From contig OZ076417.1 of NCBI GenBank assembly GCA_964187785.1, positions 22,878,001 to 22,942,000 of the forward strand: a stretch of 64,000 bases of DNA. Direction: 5' to 3'. Numbering within the stretch: position 1 is the first letter of the stretch; each line of letters starts with the position of its first letter. A program made the translations under genes and the position numbers. This DNA is from Amphiscolops sp. MND2022 (lineage: Eukaryota). This document shows positions 38,487 through 50,801 of this stretch, piece after piece. The notes beneath the pieces were generated by a model, which saw only the letters and a list, made by a program, of their open reading frames with translations, was not told where the DNA came from and made no database searches.

Positions 38487-41340
38487 GCATGTGTTTTTGT
38501 TTTAGAAATACAAAATACACCAAACGGACCGCGGTATCAAACGTTCGTGATTGTGTTTCAACTTCTTTTGTTGACCTCATAATCATCTTCTGAAGAACAG
38601 GAAACAATTCGTCTACGTAGAACCGGATTGTTCTGATTTACGAGGAATCATATAGGAAGAACGCTAAAATACAGAGACACCAAAAACGATGATGGTTGAT
38701 TTCATGTTTCAATACTTTTACTGTCGAATTTTGAGGAAGATATTTTTAGTTCTTTCCATATTCCAAAGTTAATGAAACCAACGCATTTGAATGAAAAAAT
38801 AGAGCTGTTGCTCATAATTGTATATTGTTAAATTCTCTGAAGACTGTCGAAGAATCATTGTTTTTTTCACCTTTTTCTAGGTTTGGTATGAAAAGAAGGT
38901 TTTAAAAACGGTTGATATGCTAAAATCTCGACCAAGCCCAAAGAAGAGATCAAAAACAAGAAACAATTCATTAATGTTTTTAGTGATATAGGACATTAAT
39001 CACCCCAGTCGAACTCTCATACACTTCTTACAAGAAATTTGCAGATGTGGTTAATATCAGACACTATCTGCAAGAATCTTGCAAGTATCTTACATTTCAA
39101 ACAAACCTGTCAGATTCTGGCAGATCAGAATTTCTTGCAGATTCAGACGTTTCTTGCAAGATTCTTGCAGGTCAAGAAATTTCTGGCAAGATTCTTGGAC
39201 TGATGTTGCAAGACAATGTCTGAAAATTGAGAAATAAATTCTGCTAGAAAATGTCTGGAATGTACGGAAAAAGTCCAGATTGCTTTTTCAATGTTAAACC
39301 AAGAATATGTTCAAAATGAATGTAAATGTCTCGTATATGGAGTCGCGCGGACCGAAATTCTTGAAAAATGATTTGTTTATTTTAGAAGGTTTTAGGAGCT
39401 GCATGTTTGCCACGATGGTAGCTTGAGCCGTGTCCTATCTTGCGAGGATCTTGATGAAGGAACTACTCAAGTGTACATGTACAGTGAGATGAAACATACG
39501 TCAGTGCATCCAGAAAACATACAGGTGTAAACAATTTCTGCTACTGCTATACAATAGGTACAGTCCAGAAGGAAATCTTATTCTCATGAAGACGGAAGCA
39601 GCAGACTACCTCCAGAGTAATTCGTCAAGGTTTGAATATTCGGTTCACTTGACAGCAACAAACGTGAATCACATTTTTCGAACCATCTCGTATGCTGTAA
39701 TCTTTAAATACGTGTTTCATCTTCATCTTTGTTTATCTTGATCTATATTTGTTTCGCTGATTCTGTAAAAATCTTTCAATTGGTAAAAGTTCAACTTGCT
39801 TTCCAATTTACTTCCAAGATTCGGGAATTTGCTTGCAACTTACTCGCAAGATTCTGGCATTTTCTTCCAAGTTAATTCTAAATTCAGGCAGTTTCTTCAA
39901 AGTTACTTCAAAGATTAGGCATTTTCTTCCAAGTTACTTCGAAGATCAGGCATTTTCTTCCAAGTTACTTCGAAGATCAGACATTTTCTTCCAATGTACT
40001 TCCAAGATTCACACATTTCTTGCAAGATCTCGCAAGATCAGACATTTTCTTCCTAGATCTTCTAAGATACCTGCAAGATTGATACATTGTCTTGCAAGAT
40101 CTTGGAAGTGAAATCTGACAGATTCTTGCAGAAAATGTATGGAAGTTCGACTGGGGCGCCCACAGCATTCGTGAAACTTGATGTTTGCAGAAATAAATGT
40201 ATGATCGGGAAGTCTTAAAGAACTGACAACAACTTCCAGATTTTTGTCGAAAAATAGGCCAGAGTAAAGGTTTTGTATGTCACATTCAATCCACGACAAG
40301 TTTTGAGATCAATGTAATGAAACCAACTTTTGAATCTGCTCCCGGAAAGATGTGAGAACAAGACTATGCGAAAGGAGCAGTTGAAAGTAAAAAAAATGTT
40401 TCCACTTACAAATCCAGAGAGAATCCAGATACAAAATGCTATTTTCGGCCCAAAAATGGGTCAGTAGATCTTTATTTTGAGAACTGCTATGCTACCCTAG
40501 CTATGGGAGAAAATGGATTCTTCTAGATGAGCGAGAAGCTCACGAAAAATAATCTTCGAAAAACACAAATTTTTTGAAACTTTAAATTTTCACTAAATAA
40601 ACACCACATTGTTTCACTCTTCAACTTTTTCCTGGCACTTTTCACATAACTTTCTAGATAGAACTTTGTTTTCTCATGGAGTTGGAATGAAAAAAAAACA
40701 AAAGTTTATCTCACACAAAAGTCGATTTGAAATACCTTCGTGACATACTTTACTCATCGGGGGATGAAATTCAATCACAAATTTTTTTTTTAAGTTGGGA
40801 TTTCCAAAATATTGCACTTAGTAAAGATTAACTGAAAACCAAATGTCAATGCATCTTCCCTACTTTTGCCGTAGATTTTAATGTCACATATTTTGATCGG
40901 TTTCCCGGGATGTATAATCCGAATTTGGTTCCCTTCTCTGCCATTCATACAAACGACGCTGTTTGAACCCAATTTGAGCTTCGGATTCACAGTATTGCAC
41001 AAAGCACAGCCGGCTTTCCTGTCACATATCTCAACCAAAATAACCGAAGGGTCAATGAGGGGTTGGGAGCCCTCAGTTACTGATTGGTTGGGCAACGGTG
41101 ACAGTGGTTGCAAGACATTATTCTCTGATTCGTTTCGGTACGTCGCTATAGAGATATTTTCCACCCAAGACCATGGAAAACTTATGATAGCAACTCCCTG
41201 ATCCCAGTCGTGATCACCTTTTGAACACCAAGCGACGAATTGTGCTGGTCCCATTTGTACATCTTCAACATGATTATCTAGATTACATGAACTGCAATGA
41301 TCAACGTAGGCTGATGTAACAGGTATTTGTTCAGTTAATC
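36611..41340 (-). CDS. Partial spliced host gene with at least 3 tandem F-type-lectin/F5/8-type-C-like domains; exons 40864-41340, 37790-38020, 37376-37585, 36611-36868
   Basis: All four exons have AG/GT boundaries in phase 1 and join into one open frame. Repeated signatures: FPWS; C..G.(E)G..(I/V)R.IH....L/I.(F/I)CD(V/I)K(V/I)YG; third domain NDG...FCPVS...ENWAVVKF...VHRVAFLRD. Start and stop exons not found. Confidence 0.75.
38205..38292 (+). ncRNA. tRNA-derived remnant (tRNA pseudogene or SINE head)
   Basis: A-box-like GGCTCAGTTGGTAG (38210-38223) and B-box GGTTCGAATC (38275-38284), separated by an internal TAAGA(A)TTCCTACC duplication; acceptor stem not convincing. Confidence 0.4.
38396..38484. 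repeat. Compound microsatellite (CTTT)n(CT)n; smaller (CT)n near 26422-26452 and (GA)n near 26752-26783
   Basis: Read directly; explains the RERERE/SLSLSL ORFs. Confidence 0.95.
39003..40156. mobile_element. Non-autonomous TIR DNA element in a lectin-gene intron, with GCAAGATCTTGC-type subterminal repeats
   Basis: Perfect 13-bp inverted repeats CCCCAGTCGAACT (39003-39015) and AGTTCGACTGGGG (40144-40156); ~35-bp degenerate repeats at 39060-39210 and 39800-40130; no TSD recognised. Confidence 0.55.
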
Positions 41341-42979
41341 CTGAAACGAAACAAAAAACATTGTTTATAGAAGCTTTTGCAATAGAATACGTGTAACGTC
41401 CACCAGCTTGGTAACGAAATACAAAAATGGCCAGCCTAGCAGGTACCTAAAATCTGTCTGAAAGACTAAAAAACACACACACAGAGAGAAACAGAACAAG
41501 CGCACAGAGACACCCTGAAAAACCCAAAAACACCCCCATGTTGTGCCTGCTCGTGTCGGAAAACGTCCCGATTTGCTACAGAACCAGAAGAATTGCCCAG
41601 GGAATGTGAAAACTCAGCAGAAGAAACAGACATTTTTTTCACAGCCTGCCTCGCAAGTTAAAGACTCACTGAGACTGTGTTTAGATGTTTTTTGGCGTAT
41701 TTCAGTGCATTTGTACCAAATTTCAGGTATTTAGATGATTTGGATTTGGCCTTATAAAAGGTATCTCAGCTAGATTGCGTTTTTGACCTCGGAAGTGTGT
41801 AGGAAATCTCAGGTACCTTGAAAATAGGTTCTTACAGGCTTTTGGGACGTGTCTGGACTTTGTATGAGCCAGCACGTCAGTCACCGCGGAGCTTTAAAAT
41901 GAGGACACTTCTAGACGATAGGGAAAGTCCCCAGGAAACCGTTTAGGGGTAAACACTGGTATTTAGACTTGTAATAGGTCTCCTGTCTAAGCAACCTAAG
42001 TACTGTCCCCGCTCTAGCACGTACGCCCAATGCTGGTCGTTACAACGGAAACGTCCTGACTCTTGCAAAAAAAATTTGCAAACCAAACTTGTTCATAGGC
42101 AGTGAGAAAATTTTTCTTGTCATTCGCACGAAGAAACTGTTTTGATGTCATTAGCTAAAAAGTCGAAAGTGTAGAATAATTTTACAAAGTAGCCATTGCA
42201 AAAGAGTATGTAGAACTTCTTGACTTTCACAAAAAGTTTTGCAAACCAAAGAAGCGATCGTTTTGTATCACTAGCATAAAACGTCACAATAAATAACTCG
42301 TTTAGAAAAAAAAACGAAATTTGAAACCTGAATTATGCAATCCACGAAATTGAGGTTAAAGTGAAATGGTGAAAAGGAAGATGGTGCTTCAAAGCAGCTA
42401 GGAATCAAAAAGGTAAAGTAACTTTCTTTTCTGACAAACTACTGGCGCAAGTAGCTCAGGTAAGAAAAGTATTACTAACCGGAGTATGCAAGATTTTCAT
42501 TCAGATTGGTGATTTCTTTTTCCTGCAAAAACATCAGAAACTTCTATTTATTGAACAATGTTTTGGTGTAAATCAATGCAATGTCAGTGCAATCACCCTA
42601 CAGGTCGACGAACACACGCTGTAGATTAATCACAGATTTACTCATTCGTGCGAAACAATTGAGGTTGTAACTCTCGTTTTTCGTAGGTTGAAAATGATAT
42701 ATATTTCTTGAACAAATCTTGCAAGACGTCTTGCAAGACGTTTGCAAGATCTTGCAAGATTCTTGCAAAAATCAATCAGAAGAGCGTTTCCAGACTTCTC
42801 TTTAGATTTTTTGAAAGATGTTTATAGACAGAAACCTTGCTAGAGACAGCTAGACAGATACGGAACTTCAATTCTTGAATGTGAAAAAACCGAAAATGGA
42901 AAATCTAGAAGGAATTGATTTGTAAATTTAATTAGGCAATTTTATTAAAGCGAGCTGGAACCTTATTTGGTGAAGCTTT

Positions 42980-45292
42980 TGTCGCGACCCGTTCCCTGTC
43001 ACAATTTCACTTGCTGTTCCGGCATCCCAGCATTCTCCCAAGGACGAGGTCACGGGCACGTTAAGTATTTTTAAACTAACTTTAAACTAACAAAGTTAAT
43101 TGACCAATTCTACTTACAGTACAGTTAAGTGTTTGACAAACGATTTTTTTTAAACAATAAACTTAGACGTACACATTACGGAACACTCTTTGGAAATAAG
43201 TTTGAACTAGTTACAACTTACGGTCCGGCGACTCTACGCGTGATTATTTTACTTCCGGTTTCGTCTTCTGAGATTTTATACTAATCTAAATAGCAAAACA
43301 TGAAGAGAGTTCTAAAAGGAAATCTCTTCTTCTTTCGACAACCTGAAAAAAAAATAATTGAAAATGGTATCCAATCCGCAATTTCAACGGAAATCCTACA
43401 ATCTAAAATATAAAGGACATACAAAGTAGTATAGTGCAGTGTTTTTCCAGTGCAAAGAATAGTTGTTAGAATTCACTTAAATTACAGTCAAGCAATTTAA
43501 GCAAACAATTACATTGTTATGGCAACGTCACTCAAATAGAAAGTAACTGGTGCTTCTTTTTTAAGGACCAATAACGTTGTCCTTTGGCCAAGATATTTGA
43601 GCTCAGTCCAATAACAACGTCGCATTTGCGGCGCCGCTCAGTTGACAGAAAGTGAATGGACGCCTACGCTCTCCGCTGTATTTCCGCCAGCTTTCGTTCA
43701 ACTATACCTAATCTTATTATGTACGGAGCGCTTACGGAGCGAATTGTAAAATTGTAACAGAAAGGAGTGAAAATCAGTGTAGAATTTTGGGATTTTCTTT
43801 TGGGAAACGGTTTTAAAAGCATTCTAGAGTTTAAGATACACATAACAAAAACTGTTAAGAAGGAGTGGGAAATCATGTTGGCAATGATGTACACTCAGAT
43901 TCGTGTTGTGCCTTTAACAAGAAAGTACGCTGATCTTACGTTGCACACTATATTTTCGGATGATGATATCACATGTTTTAGTGTTTCTGCATATTTATAT
44001 ACATTAAAAGCAACGTAAGGATTCTGTTTTCATTGTTCGGGAAGTTGTGAACTGCTTCTATCGTAAAGTGCCCAACAGATATTTTCTGTTGTTGATGTGT
44101 TACACTTTATTTTGACGCATGTAAAATTCTTAGATTATTGTATGAACTTTGGTCAAATAATGGATGAATTTGTGTTTCTTCTTGCCGGTTTCTACAATTT
44201 TGCAGTGTTTTTACATATACGTAACCGGACCTTTCAGTTCTAGCATCATTTGTTCCTTCCTGAAAAGTATTCGCTCCGTTCTGTCAACGCTATATATCAT
44301 TTTTGCTTGTCATAGTTTCGTCTTGAACATCAGAATCATTGACTTGGAAACCTTTTAGTTGATTACGCTGGCGTACTTTTGTCAATGAATATGTCAACTT
44401 GACTTTTATTTTGCCGGATTTTCGAGTTGAAACAGGGAATGAGATGGACTGAACAAAAATAATTTCAACAAGAATCACGGAATGATGACGCGACTAGGAG
44501 TTTCGATACCTGATTATTTGACGCAGGACTGAAATAATTCAAAACATTTGGGATTTTTCGTGAAGAAACCCGACTTTATGATATCTAGGAACTTTTAGGT
44601 GAGGAACAAATGATGCTACATTACGATACATATGCCGCAACGATTTTGCAAGATCTTGCTAGTTCGATTAACAGCCAATGAAAACGCGTTATTATTCTGA
44701 AATAACGCGTTTTCATTCGCTGTTAATCGAACTAGCAAGATCTTGCTAGTCCGTTGCGGCATATGTATCGTAATGTAGGAAGGTATACATAGTTAGAAGA
44801 TGACATGTAAGTGTTGTTAATCAGTTTTGTTAATCGCTTCGTTCCGTTGATTCAACGTAAATCTTTTCTTCGAAGAATTCACTCTTTGCCGAAGATTTCA
44901 ACTTTTAACTAGCATAAAATGACAACTACAAGCCAGAAAAGAAAGGCAGTAGCTGAGCTAGTTTCCGGGGAGTTCGAAACTTCAACAGTACAAAATAATC
45001 AATTTGAAAACTTGATTGCAGGTCCTAGCAAATCTCCTAGAGTATGACCTGAGAACCTGGAAGAGGTTAAAACATCTCTACGAAAGAAATAATGTTTGAT
45101 CTAGCAAAAATGTTAGCAGAAAATCTAAAAAAGCTGATGAATTTCACAGTACTAATGGCTAAAAATCATCTGCTCATCAAAATGTTCAAGACTCTGCTTC
45201 CGAAAGAGAAAACATCTCCGTAGCTCGAACGTCCACCCCTGTAAAAACAAACACGGCTACATCCAAAACTACTCCAAAGAATAGCCGAAACA
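42980..45292 (+). repeat. 5' LTR of element D (2313 bp, including a 163-bp palindromic insert)
   Basis: TG start, ends GAAACA immediately before TGGTGACAGGAGT; first ~1.1 kb repeated at 55739-56922. Confidence 0.85.
44616..44778. mobile_element. 163-bp near-perfect palindrome (MITE/foldback-like)
   Basis: Arms CTACATTACGATACATATGCCGCAACG...AACGCGTTATT and their reverse complement around a short loop; contains GCAAGATCTTGC. Confidence 0.7.
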
Positions 45293-46420
45293 TGGTGACA
45301 GGAGTCTTCAATGATACCACGAATCAACCCACCAAAAAGCCAAAACAACGACGTTCACACAGCTTACAATGCAAGGACCGGCCCTCAACATCAAGACTAC
45401 TGTTCGCGCCTCAAACGCAAACTTTCCAGCCACGCAAGATACTCCCAATGCCGAAAGCACTCACTGCTTCGCTACCCGTCTTCGACGGTAAGTCCGAAAA
45501 CTTGGAACTTTTCGAGGACCCGTTTAAAAACAACATAAAAAAGTACCCACACTAACTGAAATACAAAAAATCAACTATTTCCACTCGCTCCTAAGAGGAA
45601 ACGCGCTCCAAGCGTACTGCAACCTTGACGACTCTAAAAAAGACTAACCTGAAGAAGTATTTACGGCATTCAAACAGCGCTTTGGAGATTTCGAATCCTC
45701 TGCGAAAGCCAGATGCGAATGGGATGCAATGCATTTCGATCCAACTAAGCAAAAACTTAGTGAATTCTCAGATGTGCTACAAAAAAACCACAGAAGAAGC
45801 GTTCGTGCAAGAGGCGCAAAAATTCAATGAAAAAGCTATCTACGCAAAAATGCCGCATAATGTCAAAACGATCCTCAATAGGGCATATCTCGAAGACAAG
45901 CCTTACAATGATATCGTCCTGCATCTCGAACGCGGAAAGCGACTAAACGGACTAGGGGCGCCCGATGAAACAACGTTAACCCCTCTTAACGCAGTTGACA
46001 CAGCCCCTCCGGAAGAGACAAAGGACCAAAAACAACGCGGTCACCGTTTCCACTGCGGCAGATATGGCCACTATAAGGCACAATGCAGGAAACCCAAAAA
46101 GGACAGTTTTTACGAAAACAAAGTAAAAAGCACGAATTAAACACGAATAATCCACACAAATCGAAATGCCGAAATGACACATGCGGAAAAAGGCACAAAA
46201 CTGAAAACTGTTGGGACGAATATTAAACACGAATATTAAACACGAATATTAAAGCACGAATATTAAACACGAATGATCGACACAAGTTGAAATGCCGAAA
46301 CGACACATGCGGAAAAATGCAAAAAACTGAAAACTGTTGGGACGAGGCCAATGCGGTGAATGATCCTAGAAGTAAAAGACGAGAAATTGCAATCCCACTA
46401 ATAAAATCAACGAACACCCT
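44919..46420 (+). pseudogene. Gypsy gag of D, initiating inside the 5' LTR
   Basis: MTTTSQKRKAVAELVSGEFE...SRNMVTG...LPVFDGKSENLELFED...INYFHSLLRG; knuckle HCGRYGHYKAQC plus two DTCGK..KTENCW copies. Confidence 0.88.
45293..45305 (+). promoter_or_regulatory. Primer-binding site of D (TGGTGACAGGAGT), tRNA-Leu-like, inside the gag frame (M-V-T-G)
   Basis: Follows CA; one mismatch to the tRNA-Leu(CAG) PBS TGGTGTCAGGAGT as I recall it. Confidence 0.7.
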
Positions 46421-47149
46421 TTGCCCGCCCTACCAGCCCAGCCAAAAAACTAAAATCGCCGCGCATATGATTCGGGGAAAAAGGAAAAAAGTAGACGCGA
46501 GGGCATATACATTCGAACATCCCTTCAAATCGATGTGAACAAAAATTTTTGATTGGGTACAAAAAAAGAACCAACTCAGGACTGGCAACGACGATGGAAA
46601 GTCGGCATGACCCTCCGAAATAATGCTAGTCATCAAGACGACCCAAACCCACTCCCCTAATGGATAACGGAGTCACCAGACAACTATGCTTCGCTTAAAC
46701 GACCATTGCCAGAATAAAAATCTGACAGAATCTACGTCTACGACACGGACTATCGCTGCGATCCATGGGACGAATCGACAATTTACGATGCAAACACACT
46801 TCTTTGGAAAATAGGTCCCAAACCCACAGAAACACACCGACGCGGTACCAGATTTTCCCCACCGCTGTCACCCATCCTGAAAAAGTCAGATCCAACTCTG
46901 ACAGCGCCCGTCACTGTCACGTCTACACCAATAGATGCAGGGGACATCCTTTGTGTCGGGGACAAAACGATTTGGTCACGACAATTAAAGAACCAAATGG
47001 TAGCTACCCCTTCTCCACCACCACCACAAACTGTACCCGCCGCAGAAGCAACCAACAGCAACGAAGACACAACGGAATGCCCACTACCTCTACCACACGC
47101 TCTACACGTCATCAAAGAAATCAAACAACACGACAAAGATGACGATTAC

Positions 47150-50100
47150 ATTCAGTTAATCTCAACCATAGCCCCCAAGAAGAAAAGGATGCTTTTCTTA
47201 CCCATCGACTTCAACAACGTCAAAATAGACGCGTTAGTAGACTCGCTGCGTACATCAATGCCATTAGCAAAAGGGATGCCGAAACAATGAAGCACAATGC
47301 CAGTCCGTGCATCATTAATAAAGCACTGCCTCCGCCTTTCAGAGGACAACGCGCTAACGCTAACGCTGGAACAACATCTCGCAACGTACACGTTGAGATT
47401 CAAATTTGGCGACTACATGTTTGAAGAAACGTTCATCATTGTGAACCAAACCTATTTCCCAATATTCGGACTGGCGTTCCGTCGGAAACATGCCGCTATA
47501 CTTGACACAGCACAATGAACAATAGACTTCCCGAAGATCCAAATCACGATGGTACTCACGGATGAGATGCAGAAATGTAACCCAAAACCGATTACCATCA
47601 CTACGGAAAGTAAGCACACCATACCTGAACAGTCCACCCGTATCAAACACGCGTCAATACCTGTGAGCAAGGATCACCCAATAACTGGGACAAAACAGCC
47701 TCTACCACAGTTTGACGAGTGTGCGAAACCCTTTGTGACCCCTGCAATAACAACCGCCAGAGACAAAAGAGTGGCCATCAAAATCGCAAACACAACGGAT
47801 TAAATGTCCCTACGCATTAAATGCCGACATGAAACCCTGAAAAAGAAGATTTTCCTCCCAGTTGACATAGCATTGCTAAACCTACTAACAGACCATGACG
47901 ACGTCGTCATGTACATCAAAGCCCTAATGCAAGTTGAACGCCCTGAAGACAACGAAGAAAAGTTTTGGTTCCCAACCCCAGAAAACCCTGGTAAGGAGGA
48001 TGGAAATTCATATATACAAAAACGAATCCTCGAAAAACTACGCGAACTGTCTGAACTTGAAAAACTTGATCCGACTAAAAACGAAGATTCTCGAACAAAA
48101 TTCTTTTTGATGTTAAAATGGACCGACTCACTAATCACGGGGAAAGGTCGTGAGAACTTAGAAGCCCCAATTGTAGAGTTGAATGATATCTTCGCCCGAC
48201 CTAGACTCGATATCAGCATGAATACGCAATTCAAAGTCAGCCCAACACCAAAAGATGGCATACACGAAGATGATACAGGAGTGCAGAACAAGAAGTTACT
48301 ATCCAAGACTAGCACTGAAAATTAGCAAAATCAACGCACTCATTGCGGATGACTACATCAATATTAACCAACCCATCAGCACCCTCTCAGATGCCGCCCA
48401 ACACCTAGCGGCGAAAAATCTGTTCTGCAACTCGACTGCTCCCAAGCCTACTAATGCCTTCAACAGGCAGACCAATGGTCAGTAGAACTCCTTGCGTTTA
48501 ACTTTGCCAGTAGGACGTTTGGCTATCGTAGGTTAGCCCAGGGACTTAGTAGGGCCCTGTCAGCATTTTCAAGCTTCATGAGGGACTACCTGGCCTCGGT
48601 CATCAAAACAGATCAGTGTGCGCAGTACGTTGACGACATAGGAATTGCCGCAAATACCCCGGAACAACTAATCAAAAACATCAGAGCCGTCTTCAAGTGT
48701 ACCAAAACAGCTTGCCTCACACTCACAATTGAAAAATGCCATTTTGGGGTCACCCAAGTTGAATTTCTCGGCAAAAAATTTTTGGCCATCTACCGTGCCT
48801 TTCTTGAATATAGTCACATCTTATGGGAAACAACAACACCAACACTGGTCCTGACAGAGAACCGATCAATAACCAGATTTTTCCAGACAAAAACTACGCC
48901 ACCTGCACTGGGGAAAGCCTGCAACTACGTCCTCCAATTCAAGTTCCGTGTCATGCACGTAGCAGGCTCCCAGAATACAGCAGCCGATTTCCTCTCAAGA
49001 CTCGAACTAACTCCCAAAGAAAAAGTACAATTGAAATTGCGAGGCGACATCCTAACGTCACCCATCGAAGTCAACCTACATACATCGGAGTAACGTTCCT
49101 GACGAAGAACAACTTTGCTTCCTACCAGATGAGGAGGATGAATCCAAACAAGAAATATTTGCCAGGAAAGCACCTAGCAAACAACGAGCGATAGACGAAC
49201 ATGAGAAAGAAATGTCCACAAAAGTAACTGAAGTAATCAAGATACCATTCAACTCCGCAGTCTGCACATATGGCGCAATCAAAGAAAATGCAAAAATCAG
49301 AAACGAACAAGATGCGGATCCCCTCCTCAAAGCCCTAAAACTACGAATACTCCACGAAGAATATGACAAACATCTCCTCAAAACCGAACTACGCAGGAGA
49401 AATCTACTCCGCCATGAGGAAAGAATAATCATGAAAGATGGAGTACTTATGCAAAGTTATTACGGAGAAGATGGATCAGTCACCCACAACCAGGTGATAA
49501 TCCCGAAACACCTACTCCCTGAACTTCTGTCTACATTACACGGAAAAACGAATAAAAACCGGGAATAACGAAAATGATACAAGAATGCAGAGCAAAATAT
49601 TATTTCCCGGGCCTAGCACGGAAAATCGGAGCTTGGGTACAGAACTGCCCTGACTGTATTGCCAACAAGAGAATTGACGCAAGACAAATACGTCCCAAAA
49701 TGCTGAGCAATACTGAATTTACAATGGGACCGGAAGACTGTCTGGAAGTAGACATACTACCAAATCTACCTTCCTGAAACGGATACCAACACATCATCAC
49801 AAAGATGGATGTCTTTTCACGCTATCTCTTCGCATACGCAACCCCAGATATGACTGCAAAACTGTCGCATGATGCATCATAGACGTAATGACAAGACACT
49901 GCTATCTACCAACAGTTATTTCGACCAATAAAGGATCACGATTCAGATCAGAAGTGGTCAACCCGATAGCGCAGACACTCGAAATACGGATAAGCCACGC
50001 ATCAACTAAACATGCTCAAACAATCGGCATCCTAGAAAAAACCCGTGCTTCTTTACAATTTTCACCGAAAATATCAACGAGAGAGCGACGTTCGATGTGG

Positions 50101-50650
50101 CGGCACAAATACGCGCAAATAGCAGTCAAGAATTACAATACAAGCTACCACGAAAACTTAGGCTGTCAACCTACATCCGCGGACGCATTCCGTACAATAG
50201 TCTAGACATCAAACTTTGACTCAAGCCACAATGGAAGAAGGACGACAACGACACCTAACAGATGAATTGCAAAAACAAAAAACATTAAAACGTCAGTCTG
50301 CCGAGGACAACCTAATGCAGTCCCACCTCAAGTATAAAAGATACTACGACAAGAAAACGATTGCTGCACCGCTCAAAGTTATCGACTACTGCTACGCCCT
50401 TAACCCGAAGGTAGACAACCAGTCAATGAATTTTGCTTTCAAAGATTGTATCTGGACTGGACCTTACAAAGACGTCAATGTGCTCTCCAACAACAACTAC
50501 GTCGTAAGAAGAACGGTTACACACAAACCCTTCATAGAATTCGTCCAAGGCTATACGCGCCCAATCAGCGAGTACCTGACGTAAAAGTCAGAGGGGAAGA
50601 TTATTTTAAAGATCCAGAGCTTGAAACAACCCACAATGATTGGTACGTCC
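47150..50650 (+). pseudogene. Gypsy pol of D (PR-RT-RNase H-IN), with deletions and frameshifts
   Basis: KIDALVDS protease; CAQYVDDIGIA RT; NTAADFLSR RNase H end; MIQECRAKYYFPGLARKI..CPDC and EVDILPNLP integrase. Confidence 0.92.
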
Positions 50651-50801
50651 ATTTTCTTCTCTACTAAAGCTACATCATAATAACATGTAGCGAACATGCC
50701 CAAAAACATCAAAAAATACAAATATATCAATAAGAAAACATCCAAACAATAGAATCAAAAGTCCAAACAAATTACGTCTTCAGCAAAACTACAAGAAATC
50801 T

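Noticed and set aside
38353-38607. ORFs with RERERE/SLSLSL runs (also 26689-26965) as proteins or lectin-gene exons
   Set aside because: Produced by microsatellites; no splice-phase support.
41440-42700. Possible further repeat or 5' exons of the lectin-like gene
   Set aside because: No termini, second copy, or phase-compatible signal-peptide exon that I could support.
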